Shown: positions 32,054 through 43,688, counted from the first letter of the whole stretch. The stretch is DNA of 63,462 bases, filler included, from Aduncisulcus paluster (GCA_024181965.1; 5 parts of 5 records of this genome joined end to end with filler, not necessarily neighbours in it); one strand, 5' to 3'. The notes: generated by a model from the sequence alone, not told the origin. Program-made: numbers and translations.

Positions 32054-34432
32054 ATGAAGCTTTTTCAACTGGAATTATTTTTTGTTTTTTGTTTTATTGT
32101 ATTTATTTCGTGTGATGACTTCTGTATTCCCCAGGATTGGATTGATAATTCATATTCTGGATTTTTCTTGTATTCTGATGCTGAAAATGAATTGAATGAA
32201 CTTCAACCTTATGTAGGGAGTGGATATGTTGGATATCATATTAATGAATCGTTTATTTCAGCCACTGGTGTGTATAATGGTACTCTTGAAGCAACAGAAG
32301 GTGTCACTTCTCATTTAGCCAATATTCCCACAACTTTAAATGCTCAGCTTAGTAGCGACGGTATTTGTGGAGTGTCTCTTGATATGGAAACTGCTAAATA
32401 CGAGAGACGTTATTCTTTGGACGATATCGGAGTCCAGGCTCGTCAAGAGTGGTGGGCCCAACGTGATGATAAATGGGCTGTTACTAACATTTATCTTGAT
32501 ACAATTCCCGATGGTACCACCGTCCCACTCACCTACACTGTTCAGGATCTCACTGTTGATTTTAAGGTAATCAATTCTGCTACGTACGTGGACGACAATG
32601 CAAATGATGTCCAAACTTATTTATTACAAACATTAGAAGCAGAAACAGATGATACGGGCTGCCATTTAGTTACTGTAGCTTATACTATTCCCCCCGAGAC
32701 CATTACCACCGATATATCTCTGTTGACTTTTGTTGACTCCAACATTTGGTCTGACAACTTCTCTCTGAACCTTGACGATATATTTGATGCTTATTCCTCT
32801 GCCCTGGCTTCAGTTGCTGATGGATCTGCTTTCACAACTCACTCTAATGCCTGGGCTGACATTTGGGTATCAAGGCCCATCTACGAACAAGATGTCCCCG
32901 AGGGTGCTGCCGACACCGATCCAGCGCCCCAATCTCTCAATTTCACGATTATTTCCTCATTGTATTATATTATATCCTCTCTCACTGAGAACTCTGGCTT
33001 CTCTATCTCCCCTGGTGGACTAGGCAATGCAGCAGCCTACAACAATCACATCTTCTGGGATGCAGAGACCCACATGCTTCCAGGTATCTCTCTCCTCCAC
33101 CCTGAGTTAGCTTTGAGTATGTTACGGTATAGATTGGCTCGGATAGACGAAGCTACACAAAGAGCCACCGATAGAGGCTATGAGGGCACCATGTTCCCAT
33201 GGGAGAGTGCTTTCTCTGGTGTAGATACCACTCCATCACCCAATCCTGAGGGAGAGCTTGAGATCCACATTAACGGTGATATTGTGATGGGCATTAAACG
33301 TGTGTGGGAGGACAACGGTGATGACAGCGTAATCAATGAATTTTGGGATATTATTGCCGGTGTTGCTGACTTCTTTGTGTCACGTGCTTCTCTTCGTGAC
33401 GATGACTCTGGTTTATACGACATTCTTGATGTTCAATGTCCCGACGAAAAGGCCTTGAATGTCGACAACTCTGTGTACACCAATGTGATTGCTCAAATGT
33501 CTATTGATTTCGCCCCAGCTGCGTGCACTGTGCTAAACAATAGTGCAGAGTTCAGTTGTCCAGCTGACAGCGATCAACTTGTTAAATGGAGAACAATGGC
33601 GAACAGTATTTATATTCCATTTGATGAGGATAGACAGCTTCATCCAGAGTATGAAGGCTGGGACTTTGATGACCCTCCACATTTGATAAACCAAGACGAC
33701 GCATGTTTGTTATCATATCCCTTGAGATACCCGATGACTGATGACGTCTTAATCAATGATCTTGACTATTGGACATCTGTTACTAACCCCGATGGATATT
33801 TCACTGGTGATTCCTACTACGGCGTGTCATATGCAATTGTGAATGAAGATGACAAGCGAGATGAAGAGTTCCAGAAATCGTTTGTTCATTTCACTGAGCC
33901 TTTTGGGGTATTCACAGAAAAGGCTGAGACATTGGGGCATACAACTTTCCTCACTGGAAATGGAGGATATCTTCAAATGGTCATGAATGGTTATTTTGGA
34001 ATTCAAAGCACAAATACAACTTTTATCCTTGATATCAACCAACCTCCGGCTCCCATATGGTCATCGGAAGCATCATCTGTGTCTTCATCACCAGATGCTA
34101 ACAACACCACGAAAAATGACACCAATGCTGATTATATCAAGGGCAGTGGTTCTAAAAATAGAACAGAGTCGACTACTGTTGTCTCTCCTTTATTCGGTGA
34201 TAGTGGGACAGTGACAAAGGCCACGTTATCGCATGTGTCTTGGCATTCAGTGTCAATGACTATTAAAGCCAACTTTGAGGATCAGGTTGTTAGGCTTTCT
34301 ATGGATAATGACGAAGATACACACAAACTAATCGCTTGCTCATCTTCAAATGGATGTGAACAACTGGAGGCTGGGAAAGATGCACAATTTGAATTGGATA
34401 CAATAACAATCATAAAATATCGTGATAAATAA
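32054..34432 (+). CDS. Secreted glycoside hydrolase family 65 (acid trehalase / PGGHG-like)
   Basis: Signal peptide; YNNHIFWDAE, GTMFPWESA, EIHINGDI, VQCPDE, DNSVYTN, TFLTGNGGYLQ…GYFG. The 5' part is also read at 31455-31873 and the 3' part at 34523-34718 (gap overlaps). Confidence 0.92.
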   Translation: MKLFQLELFFVFCFIVFISCDDFCIPQDWIDNSYSGFFLYSDAENELNELQPYVGSGYVGYHINESFISATGVYNGTLEATEGVTSHLANIPTTLNAQLSSDGICGVSLDMETAKYERRYSLDDIGVQARQEWWAQRDDKWAVTNIYLDTIPDGTTVPLTYTVQDLTVDFKVINSATYVDDNANDVQTYLLQTLEAETDDTGCHLVTVAYTIPPETITTDISLLTFVDSNIWSDNFSLNLDDIFDAYSSALASVADGSAFTTHSNAWADIWVSRPIYEQDVPEGAADTDPAPQSLNFTIISSLYYIISSLTENSGFSISPGGLGNAAAYNNHIFWDAETHMLPGISLLHPELALSMLRYRLARIDEATQRATDRGYEGTMFPWESAFSGVDTTPSPNPEGELEIHINGDIVMGIKRVWEDNGDDSVINEFWDIIAGVADFFVSRASLRDDDSGLYDILDVQCPDEKALNVDNSVYTNVIAQMSIDFAPAACTVLNNSAEFSCPADSDQLVKWRTMANSIYIPFDEDRQLHPEYEGWDFDDPPHLINQDDACLLSYPLRYPMTDDVLINDLDYWTSVTNPDGYFTGDSYYGVSYAIVNEDDKRDEEFQKSFVHFTEPFGVFTEKAETLGHTTFLTGNGGYLQMVMNGYFGIQSTNTTFILDINQPPAPIWSSEASSVSSSPDANNTTKNDTNADYIKGSGSKNRTESTTVVSPLFGDSGTVTKATLSHVSWHSVSMTIKANFEDQVVRLSMDNDEDTHKLIACSSSNGCEQLEAGKDAQFELDTITIIKYRDK

Positions 34433-35411
34433 TAAATATATTTTTTAAAATTTAGAAAACAACTAAATTGGAAATGTTTTTTGAAAGTGAGCAAGATTGG
34501 GGNNNNNNNNNNNNNNNNNNNNAATGACGAAGATACAAACAAACTAATCGCTTGCTCATCTTCAAATGGATGTGAACAACTGGAGGCTGGGAAAGATGCA
34601 CAATTTGAATTGGATACAATAACAATCATAAAATATCGTGATAAATAATAAATATATTTTTTAAAATTTAGAAAACAACTAAATTGGAAATGTTTTTTGA
34701 AAGTGAGCAAGATTGGGGTAAATTGAAGGGAAATATTTCTGAAATAGCGAAATAAACATCAATAATCAACAAAAATGTATTTAGCAAGAGAGAATTAACT
34801 TTGTTTTAACGTTATCACTAATTTGCTCTTTTTTGGCTATACTAAGAAGATATTTTGGGAATTTTCAGTTATAAAAGGAGTTTTCTTGTATTTGTAGTAT
34901 TATTAATATTTATATTTATCACAAAAATTTATGGAAAGAGACCTTTTTGAACCGACATTTGATTCTAGCATATAAACGAGAGCAAATAAGAAATAATTAT
35001 TGAATATGATATATCATGAACGATATTAAAACGTTTTAATGCATGAAGTTAAATGAAATAGAGGTCTAGAGCTCTGGGAAAGATTTCTCACCGAGAAATA
35101 ATCTTTTGATCGGAGGTTCTTGGTCTTTCTTTTAAGTGTTCTTTTGATAACAGATCATATATTCTCCCGAATATTTTATCTTGTAAAGTGAATAATATTA
35201 ATATTTTTTGTTGTATGTTCAGTATAATTTTTATTGTAGATCTATTGTTCCACGATTTGTGTATCTCAAGTTAGGCTTACTGGTGTTGGTTAATTGTCTT
35301 GTTTTTTATTTTATTAAATACATTCATTATATTTTTTCATGTATTTTACCAGATCTTACGCATTCTTGAAGTATTTATACAAAAATTTCAACCAAACTTT
35401 ATATCTAGTCT

Positions 35412-37529
35412 ATGACTAAAATTCGAAACGTGAAACCTAAGTTTGTTCATAAAGGAATGTCACATTGCTGTCCAATTCCTGGAGATGCACCCAATATTAA
35501 GATTGCAGAGTTTCCAACTATCGAAGCAATAGATGGAACCAAGAAAAAAGGTGAAAAAAAGTACAATCAGAGTTCTAAAGCACAAAAGATGATGAAAGGA
35601 GAGTATAATAATGGACATTTTACCCATATCTCCATTCCTTTCTCTTCATCTTCCCCCATGAAAGGGGCTTATATCTGTCTTGATGGTGATTCTTCTTATT
35701 GGACGTCACCTCCATCACACCTTATCTTCACTCTCACATCTTCAAAGGGTGAGAAAACATCCAAGAAATACGAGTTTCCTGAATTTGAAGATTATCGTTG
35801 GTATTTCCTTCCTGTTAATCTCCCTGATGTTGTTCTGTGTGAGATTACAGGGAAAGGAAGATGGCGAGAATCTTTTGAAATCCACTCCCTTGTGTTCATT
35901 AGTAGAGATGAAACTCCTGAAGAAATCACATCTCGTGAAGCCAGAGAGAAACTATGGTCTGAAGCTCCAGTTGTGAAACCAGAGTTTGTTAAGGAAGGAG
36001 ATTATAAATCTGGTGGTAGAGATTCTATTCCCATTCCACGAGCTGATCTAAAGCTTGTTGATCCTTCATTCTCAATGGTTAAGTGCAAGGACGATGTGTA
36101 TAGTAAGGAATCTGAGTATTATGACAAGAGTTCAGATGCACAAAAAATGTTAAAAGGGGAATGTGGTGTTTACTTATCCCATCTTTCCATCCCTTTCCCA
36201 TCACCTAGTCCTATGAAAGGTGCTTATATCTGTGTGAGTGACTGTTCACCCTCTCTTCTCTTCACTTTCACTGATTGTGATGGTAAGAAGATATCCAAAA
36301 AGTATAAATTCACAGGACCTGAACATTGGTATGAATGGCACTTCCTTCCTATTGATTTGGATAATGTCGTATTGTGTGAGATTGAAGGGAAAGGAACGCG
36401 GTGGTGGTGTTTTGGAAAGAATAGTCGAAGTTTTTGCATCCACTCCCTTGTTTTCCTTCGAGGTGATGATATTCCCACCTCTCCTCCTCTTCTTCCTCCT
36501 GTTCGTCGTTTCCCCCCAATTTCTTCAACTCCATCCAGTTCTTCCCCAATCATTAGATTATCAATTCAACAAACCACATCACTTATACAACAAGGCAATG
36601 TAGTTGAGATTGAGAAAATGCTTAAATCCAAACAACTATTACCTTCTTGGAGATCCCTTGACAATCACACAGCCTTGCACGTTGCTTTACTTTCACACCA
36701 ATATAAAGTATTTGCTTTATTGAAGTCATATGGGCATAAACGACTTAGATCTGAACAAAAAGACATGCCAATTGAGTACTTTCAGGAACGACAATGTGAA
36801 AAAATACGAGAAGCTGTTGTTCGAAGGACAATTGATATTCCTCCACTTGTTATTTTTTTGCTTGAGAATACACGTATTTTGCAGCGTAAAGAAAGATATT
36901 TTGATACTATGCGGAGAATATACACTGCTTTAAATTCAATTCCAATGATTAACATCATTATTCAAGTGATTAAAGCTTCAGGCAAATCATTAAATCTAAT
37001 TATAGATTTTGAAGATGATGATATTCGTGATATCTCAGCTTGGCCCGGAAAAGCTACTGATTTTACAGCTTGCGGTCGTTATCTCAGATCCCCAGAGAAT
37101 CGAGTGATCCGTTCTCCAGATTGTCTGTATATTGCTGGAAAACGCGAGAATCCCCTTGACATTCATGCTACAATTGCCCATGAACTCACTCATATGGCAA
37201 TGTATTATGTGTTTCGAAATGGGTGCAGACCATTTTACGTTTCTCAAGATCCAAGAATATTTGATGAAGTGATTCTTGAAGCTAAATCTGGGTGTGAACA
37301 AACATATTATCCAATGGATATGATTATAAGATGTGTCTTTTCATGTTACGAGAAAGAAGAGTGGTCGAAAGAACTTATTGTAAGAGTTCCAGAGATTCTA
37401 GCAAGATATGGAGAAGCAAAAGGGATTGAAATATTACAATTTCAAGCACCAAAGTTGTTGGAATGGTATAAAACTAAAGTAATTCCAGAATGTGAATCGT
37501 TTATTAAGTCAACTGATAACTACCATTGA
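35412..37529 (+). CDS. Tandem-repeat-domain / ankyrin / HEXXH metallopeptidase-like protein
   Basis: Two similar ~165-aa units (KP.FV…SS.AQKM.KGE…HxSIPF.S.SPMKGAYIC…W.FLP..L..V.LCEI.GKG…IHSLVF), an ankyrin motif (NHTALHVAL) and TIAHELTH. Confidence 0.8.
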   Translation: MTKIRNVKPKFVHKGMSHCCPIPGDAPNIKIAEFPTIEAIDGTKKKGEKKYNQSSKAQKMMKGEYNNGHFTHISIPFSSSSPMKGAYICLDGDSSYWTSPPSHLIFTLTSSKGEKTSKKYEFPEFEDYRWYFLPVNLPDVVLCEITGKGRWRESFEIHSLVFISRDETPEEITSREAREKLWSEAPVVKPEFVKEGDYKSGGRDSIPIPRADLKLVDPSFSMVKCKDDVYSKESEYYDKSSDAQKMLKGECGVYLSHLSIPFPSPSPMKGAYICVSDCSPSLLFTFTDCDGKKISKKYKFTGPEHWYEWHFLPIDLDNVVLCEIEGKGTRWWCFGKNSRSFCIHSLVFLRGDDIPTSPPLLPPVRRFPPISSTPSSSSPIIRLSIQQTTSLIQQGNVVEIEKMLKSKQLLPSWRSLDNHTALHVALLSHQYKVFALLKSYGHKRLRSEQKDMPIEYFQERQCEKIREAVVRRTIDIPPLVIFLLENTRILQRKERYFDTMRRIYTALNSIPMINIIIQVIKASGKSLNLIIDFEDDDIRDISAWPGKATDFTACGRYLRSPENRVIRSPDCLYIAGKRENPLDIHATIAHELTHMAMYYVFRNGCRPFYVSQDPRIFDEVILEAKSGCEQTYYPMDMIIRCVFSCYEKEEWSKELIVRVPEILARYGEAKGIEILQFQAPKLLEWYKTKVIPECESFIKSTDNYH

Positions 37530-37615
37530 CATTGTCAATTTGACAAAGATAGGACTCCAATTCATCCCAATCATTCAATAACACACTATCAAAAAATCAA
37601 AAAATCGAACAGATT

Positions 37616-37835
37616 ATGACTAAAATTCAAAACGTGAAACCTAAGTTTGTTCATAAAAGGTATTACTTTTGCTGCCCAATTCCTCGAGATTCACCCAATA
37701 TTAAGATCCCAAAGTATGAATCGCTATACTGAAAGGTTAGTTAATTGAAAGGAAGGAATTAACTCGAGAAAATACTATTTGTGAAAAGAAAAGAGTACTA
37801 TCAGAGTGTTAAAGCACAAAAGATGATGAAAGCAG
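37616..37835 (+). pseudogene. Degenerate partial copy of the 5' end of the 35412 gene
   Basis: ATGACTAAAATTCAAAACGTGAAACCTAAGTTTGTTCATAAA… closely matches 35412 onward, then shows stops and indels; resumes similarity at AAAGCACAAAAGATGATGAAAG. Confidence 0.8.
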
Positions 37836-37879
37836 AGGGTATTCATATTCGTACATATACCTTGAAAATTGAGCTATAA

Positions 37880-38361
37880 ATGTCATATAGATCATGTAGA
37901 CCCATCTCTGGGACTGGAAGAGTAAGTTCTCCCTATCTTCATCACGGTTTTTTTTCTTTTCTCTGCTTATTTTCATCATTTGAAATGATTTATTCCATAT
38001 TATCTTCTCATTGTGATATTTATAACTGAAATCATAACATTTTTTTTATCATTTATTTATTTTTTCTCACATCAGCACATGTTGTGGGTGGATTTAGAAA
38101 TGACAGGACTTGATCTCGGCAAAGATCTTATAATGCAGGTTGGAGTGTTATTGACCGATAATAATTTGAAGATTCTGTATGAAAAGGAATGGGATATCCA
38201 TGTTCCCGATGGTGATTTAGACAATATGGGAGAATGGTGTCGGCAGCATCATGGAGAGAGTGGTCTGACCGAACGATGCAGGAAATCGACCGTGCACATT
38301 GAAGATGTCGAGGAAGAAGTGTGCATGATGCTTGATCGTATTGTACCGGATAAATACTTGG
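37880..38361 (+). CDS. orn: Oligoribonuclease, second partial copy (inverted relative to the first)
   Basis: Reverse-complement identical to 26554-27069. Exon 1 37880-37921; intron 37922-38075. Confidence 0.85.
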
Positions 38362-38461
38362 NNNNNNNNNNNNNNNNNNNNNNNNNNNNNNNNNNNNNNN
38401 NNNNNTTAATTAATTAANNNNNNNNNNNNNNNNNNNNNNNNNNNNNNNNNNNNNNNNNNNN
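38362..38461. other. Artificial contig linker
   Basis: N44-TTAATTAATTAA-N44. Confidence 0.97.
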
Positions 38462-39125
38462 CATTAACATTCGTCTCAGCGACTCCGAGTGGAAGATCCT
38501 TGCTTACATTGGAGGCGGTATTCTGATCTTCAACATCATTCTCGTTCCCGTCATCATTGCTGTCCTAGCTGTGACCCGTGTGAAGAATGTTGGAAAGACC
38601 ATTCCCATGATGGACGGTCTTAAGGATGGTTTCACCTGGTTCTTGGTTGGTTTGCTTGTTTTCAGACAACTGTTGCAGATCCTTGTTGAGGTTGTCGATG
38701 GAGGCACCATCCAAATCCTTGGTATTGCCATTCTCCTCATTATGGCCAGAGTTGTGTTCTGGAAGTTCGGTCCATTCGATAAGTCTGGAGAGAACAACAC
38801 CATGATCTGGTCGTTTGATATTCTTGTCTTGAGCTACCTCACCTTGGGTCTTGGTCAGACCTTGAAGAGTACCCCTGGTGGCGATTGGCTGTTCTACATT
38901 TTTGTGGGTATTTCCATCCTGTTCAATGTTATCTTCTTGATTCTGATGATCATTAACATGACCTCGTATGTGAAATTAGCCGCTGCCAAAAAGCTTCGTG
39001 ATGCCATGAAGGCTGGGAAGGCGAAGCTGTTGAACATTAACAAAGATGAAAAGAAGGATGAAAATAAGCCAGAAAAGAAGGAAGAAAAGAAGTCCTCTTT
39101 CTGGAAGAGGAAGGAGAAGAAATGA
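38462..39125 (+). CDS. Multi-pass membrane protein, 5'-partial
   Basis: Open from the contig edge; several hydrophobic helices; Lys-rich tail. Confidence 0.75.
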
Positions 39126-39732
39126 ACAGGTAATTCATAAGATTGTATATCTATGAATATTCTTTGTTCTCCTTTATTTTCATAACTTTTACCTATTGTT
39201 TTTTTATTTCATTTCCCCCATTTCCCAAGTGTTGATTTCTTTATTTCTAATAATGCTTAATATTCCAAAGTATTTCTTGCATTATATTTTATTTTTAATT
39301 AATTATTGTTTTATTCATGAGATCCACTTTGCTGTCCATTAGTCCAATATTCATTGATGTTGGAAATATCACCATTCCATTGAAACCAAAAAAAGAAGTT
39401 TTCTGTATCTAAAGATATTACCACTTTCGTTCCTTTCCTAAAATGTGCTATTATAATTTAGTTCGTCATACATCATGAGCCAGTTACTGGCCAGACCAGT
39501 ATCATTTTTATTATTTTATATTCAATATAAATTGTATTCATTATCTAACAGTTAGATTCTAACTGTTTCGAAAAATTTTCTTCTCTAAATATTCCTTGTC
39601 CCAGAATTTCTCAAAATAAAAACCATTATATGTGTAAGGAGGAGTACTTCTCGAAAATGTTATTGAATAGCAAAAATATTGTTGTTTTTTGAAATTATAC
39701 TATTTATATGATATATCAAAATAATCTGACGG

Positions 39733-39806
39733 AGCGCCGTGGCGCAATTGGACAGCGTGTTGGGCTCATAACCCAAAGGTTGAAGGATCGAAGCCTTCCG
39801 GCGCTA
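39733..39806 (+). tRNA. tRNA-iMet (CAT), eukaryotic initiator
   Basis: A1:U72 acceptor stem AGCGCCG/CGGCGCT; three G:C pairs in anticodon stem TTGGG-CTCATAA-CCCAA; ATCG in T-loop; followed by an oligo-T Pol III terminator. Confidence 0.95.
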
Positions 39807-40648
39807 TTTTTTAATTTATGGTTTGCAATAAATAATAGAACATTGAATCACATGTAATCATGCATATGCCACAAAACAATATCAAAATACTGTTAGTATG
39901 ATGGTATTACAATGTTGTTTATTTATTATTGACAGAAACTATTATTATTATTTATTATTTTGAAGTTATCATCTTATTATATTAAAGGATTAAGAATGTT
40001 TTATTTTTTGGTTCCGGTTTGGTTTCAAATCCAAAAACTGGGAATTTATATTTTATTTCAAAATAGTAAATTTGCTCCAAGCATAAATTCTGTAGAACAG
40101 CTAACAATANNNNNNNNNNNNNNNNNNNNTAATAGAACATTGAATCACATGTAATCATGCATATGCCACAAAACAATATCAAAATACTGTTAGTATGATG
40201 GTATTACAATGTTGTTTATTTATTATTGACAGAAACTATTATTATTATTTATTATTTTGAAGTTATCATCTTATTATATTAAAGGATTAAGAATGTTTTA
40301 TTTTTGGTTCCGGTTTGGTTTCAAATCCAAAAACTGGGAATTTATATTTTATTTCAAAATAGTAAATTTGCTCCAAGCATAAATTCTGTAGAACAGCTAA
40401 CAATACTATTTTGAAAATAGCAACAAATAAATTACAAAACAGACATTTTATTAATTAATAATTATAATTTTTTCAAAAGTTGCATTATTGCAAAATCAAT
40501 CGGGAGTGAGATTTAGGCAAAATAAATGTAAAATTTCGATTCTTACGGATTATTGATAACGATATCATATCGAATTAGTGCAATTTAGTAGAGTGAGGTT
40601 TGTTTCAACTCATTTTCTATTACAAAGGAACTTTCAGACTCTGTTCTG

Positions 40649-42673
40649 TTAAATTAAAAGAGATTCTGATGTAATTATATTATTATTAGGATCGAGGGAA
40701 GGAATTGGTTCGTATTTTCCCTTTTTCTTTGACTTGAATATCACAATAGTGATTATAGGAACTATTACAATCAGCACCACAGCTCCCACAAGAATCCATA
40801 TCCAAGAGTTGTTCTTGGATGAGTTATTAGAACAATATATTCCATCATATCCTTCTACACAAATACACTTAATTGCCTCAACACCACCATCAACATACCC
40901 AAAATCACAGCTTCCATTCCCGTTACAATTCACATCACTATCACACACGAGCTGACAAGAAGAACCGACGTATCCATTGTCACAGACACATTCCACGTCA
41001 CTGGCGTCAACATTGAGAATGGCATAAGTTTGAGGCATGACACTGTCACAAAGTTGCACAGAAGCAGCATAATCAGCAGTCACGCTCTCATCCGCAACAC
41101 ACTCCCCGTCACTGTTGAGCTTCATCTGAGAGGAACATGCCATCTTGCATTGGTCTGTGGCCCTATCATGATAGTATCCATACCAACAGTCGGTGTCCCA
41201 CACCCCATCTTTCTTTTGGTTGCACACAATATGGTCATCCACAAATAGGGCAGACTCAATGCATTCGCAGTTCTGGCTGTCCAATGAAATTGAATTAATT
41301 GAAATATTGGTAAAGTAATCCACAAGATAGTTCATGACATCAGGATTTTCATCATCATTGTCACACACTTTGGCACCATCACCGGACAGAGTCGATAAGC
41401 CATCCACTGGGAAGAGAGCAGTGGAAATAAGAGGAGATAAGTCAGAAATCTCAGTGTATGAAATGTTGAGATTTTGGATTCTGAAAGGCTGAGTGACATT
41501 ATCTATTGAATCATCAATCGGAGTAAGGTCAAAAATGTCAGATAAACGACGAATTCCAGTTCCATTTGAGACATCTAAGGTCTGTAAACCGTATGTAGTA
41601 GAAGCATCATCTTTGAGAATGACAGTTTTCGTGAGAATCTTTACAACAGATTTATCCACATCGTTGGACAGGTCATAATCAGAGAGATCGAGCTCAGTGA
41701 GACCAACTGCAAACTCAAGACCAAGGAGAGTGGAAATATGGCCATAATTTTGTTGAGCTTGAGCAATACTCAAACTACCAGTAACATGGGAACGAATCTG
41801 ACTAACAGGAATCATTCCATTCTCCTCGGCCTTAATATTTTTGAAAGTGTCAAGTAAATAAGCTCTCAAGTTATCATCGTGGATAGTATAACACACAAGC
41901 GAGTCATCAGCAACAGATCCAGTCGACTTAGCAATAGCCGCACACTGTTTTTGTTGAGAAGAGGCGTTATACACTTCATTCAGAACAACGGATGGGCACT
42001 GATCATTCCCAGTGCATGACGTAGCACCGGTTGGATTAAGAGGACAGCTATTCCCAAGATCAGAGGTAGGATCAATTCCTGGAAACACGCTTTGAAGGAA
42101 CTGTAAATACTCATCATCACTTTCTGAACGACAAATGGCGTTAGATCCAGTCGAAGTGTTCATAGTCCATTCATAGAGACCAACGCTGCGATATAAAGTA
42201 GAAACATCATACATATTGTTATTACCAGATGCATTCACTGAAATGAGACGGGAGACATCAATTAAATTCCCGAGAGAAGTAATGGAATTATCATTGAGAG
42301 TCAAAACATTTAATTGGGATGATGTATCAAATGAATCAATAGATATAATAGAATTGTAAGAAATATCCATATCACCAATATTAAGAAGATATTCAAGACC
42401 TTCAATATCAGAGATGGGCCCTCCTGAATGAGAAATACCGCTATGCTTCAATCTGGCCATTTCATACATAGTAGCATCACACAAATTAACTCCATAACCT
42501 ATAGAATTGCAAACATCTCTTCTTGTATTGTCATCGGGAATATAAACATTCATAGGAGTTGTACTATCATTGTTTGCATTACTTGTATTTTGGGAAATAC
42601 AAGTACAAATTGGGTGCATAAATAATGAGACAATTAGAAAAAAATTAACAAAATAAACACCGAAATGGTTCAT
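40649..42673 (-). CDS. Type I membrane protein with LRRs and EGF-like Cys-rich modules
   Basis: Signal peptide from MNHFG, internalin-like LRRs (IEGLEYL…DISYNSI), EGF motifs (CVCDNGYVGSSC, CICVEGYDGIYC), one TM helix, short tail with YEPI. Confidence 0.88.
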   Translation of the reverse strand: MNHFGVYFVNFFLIVSLFMHPICTCISQNTSNANNDSTTPMNVYIPDDNTRRDVCNSIGYGVNLCDATMYEMARLKHSGISHSGGPISDIEGLEYLLNIGDMDISYNSIISIDSFDTSSQLNVLTLNDNSITSLGNLIDVSRLISVNASGNNNMYDVSTLYRSVGLYEWTMNTSTGSNAICRSESDDEYLQFLQSVFPGIDPTSDLGNSCPLNPTGATSCTGNDQCPSVVLNEVYNASSQQKQCAAIAKSTGSVADDSLVCYTIHDDNLRAYLLDTFKNIKAEENGMIPVSQIRSHVTGSLSIAQAQQNYGHISTLLGLEFAVGLTELDLSDYDLSNDVDKSVVKILTKTVILKDDASTTYGLQTLDVSNGTGIRRLSDIFDLTPIDDSIDNVTQPFRIQNLNISYTEISDLSPLISTALFPVDGLSTLSGDGAKVCDNDDENPDVMNYLVDYFTNISINSISLDSQNCECIESALFVDDHIVCNQKKDGVWDTDCWYGYYHDRATDQCKMACSSQMKLNSDGECVADESVTADYAASVQLCDSVMPQTYAILNVDASDVECVCDNGYVGSSCQLVCDSDVNCNGNGSCDFGYVDGGVEAIKCICVEGYDGIYCSNNSSKNNSWIWILVGAVVLIVIVPIITIVIFKSKKKGKYEPIPSLDPNNNIITSESLLI

Positions 42674-43158
42674 TTTTTTGTGTTGACAGAAAAACTGAGA
42701 AGTTTGAAGATAAATGCGAAGCAACATCAAATCTTTATTAATAAATGAATAATTCTAATAAAATAGACAGCATTAAAACAAAATCAAAAATATAACCTCT
42801 ACTACCACCATTGCATCATGTCGTAATGAATGCCAACTGTATTAATACTACAAAATATGAAGAAATTAAATCCATGATTATTGAACAAGGAAACGATCCA
42901 AGAAACAAACGGATAAAAGTATTTAAATTTCTTCTACATTCTCTATTCGCTCAATTTAACATTAAAGCCAAAAGATTCAGTTGCAAGCCGCAAATAGAAT
43001 GAAACATTTCAGTTTATCTCAAATTGAATATAACATTGGATACGCTCTTTATCCATCTCCTATCAGAATAATAAATGGTAGACATTTAATACATCGATCT
43101 TCGAACAAATACTAAACGTAATACAGCATATTGAAGATGGAAATAATAATATTTGAAT

Positions 43159-43688
43159 TCATTTTTTCTTAGTAGAAGTGAATTCAAACGGACATTCATC
43201 ATGATCAGATGAACTTTCCTCTCCAGATGCAGCCCTCTCAGCTTTTAATCGAGCAGTTAGATCCTCCAAGCGCATTTCAAGTGCAAGTTTCCTTCCCTCA
43301 AGGGCCTGAAGTCGTCTTATTTCGATCTCTTTATAAATCAATGGCGCTAAATCACTCGCTTTCTTTGATCTTGAAAAAGGAGATATTTTCTTTTGGCCGA
43401 TTCCCTTTTCCTTTGAACTCTTCTTGTCGGCAAGATATTGTTTATATTCAATTTGGTACAATTTCTTGCGTACTTGAAGGGGAGTTACTTCAATACTATA
43501 GTGTTCAAACCCAATTTCCTTTAAATCTAATTCAATGAGATAAAGAAATGGGCAGATGACAAAATATTATGCAATAAAACAAGTGTTATTAAAAGATATA
43601 CATGTTAAAATTAGTTCGAAATTCTAAATAAGAAAATAGAAAGAATTGAGAAAATAAACAAAGAGAGATTACATACGTCTTGGATCAT
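43159..43688 (-). CDS. Small coiled-coil hypothetical protein, three exons
   Basis: Exons 43688-43677, 43623-43602 and 43526-43159; introns GTATGT…TTAG (53 nt) and GTATAT…TTAG (75 nt) give in-frame MIQDNFELILTYLKEIGF…. Confidence 0.65.
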
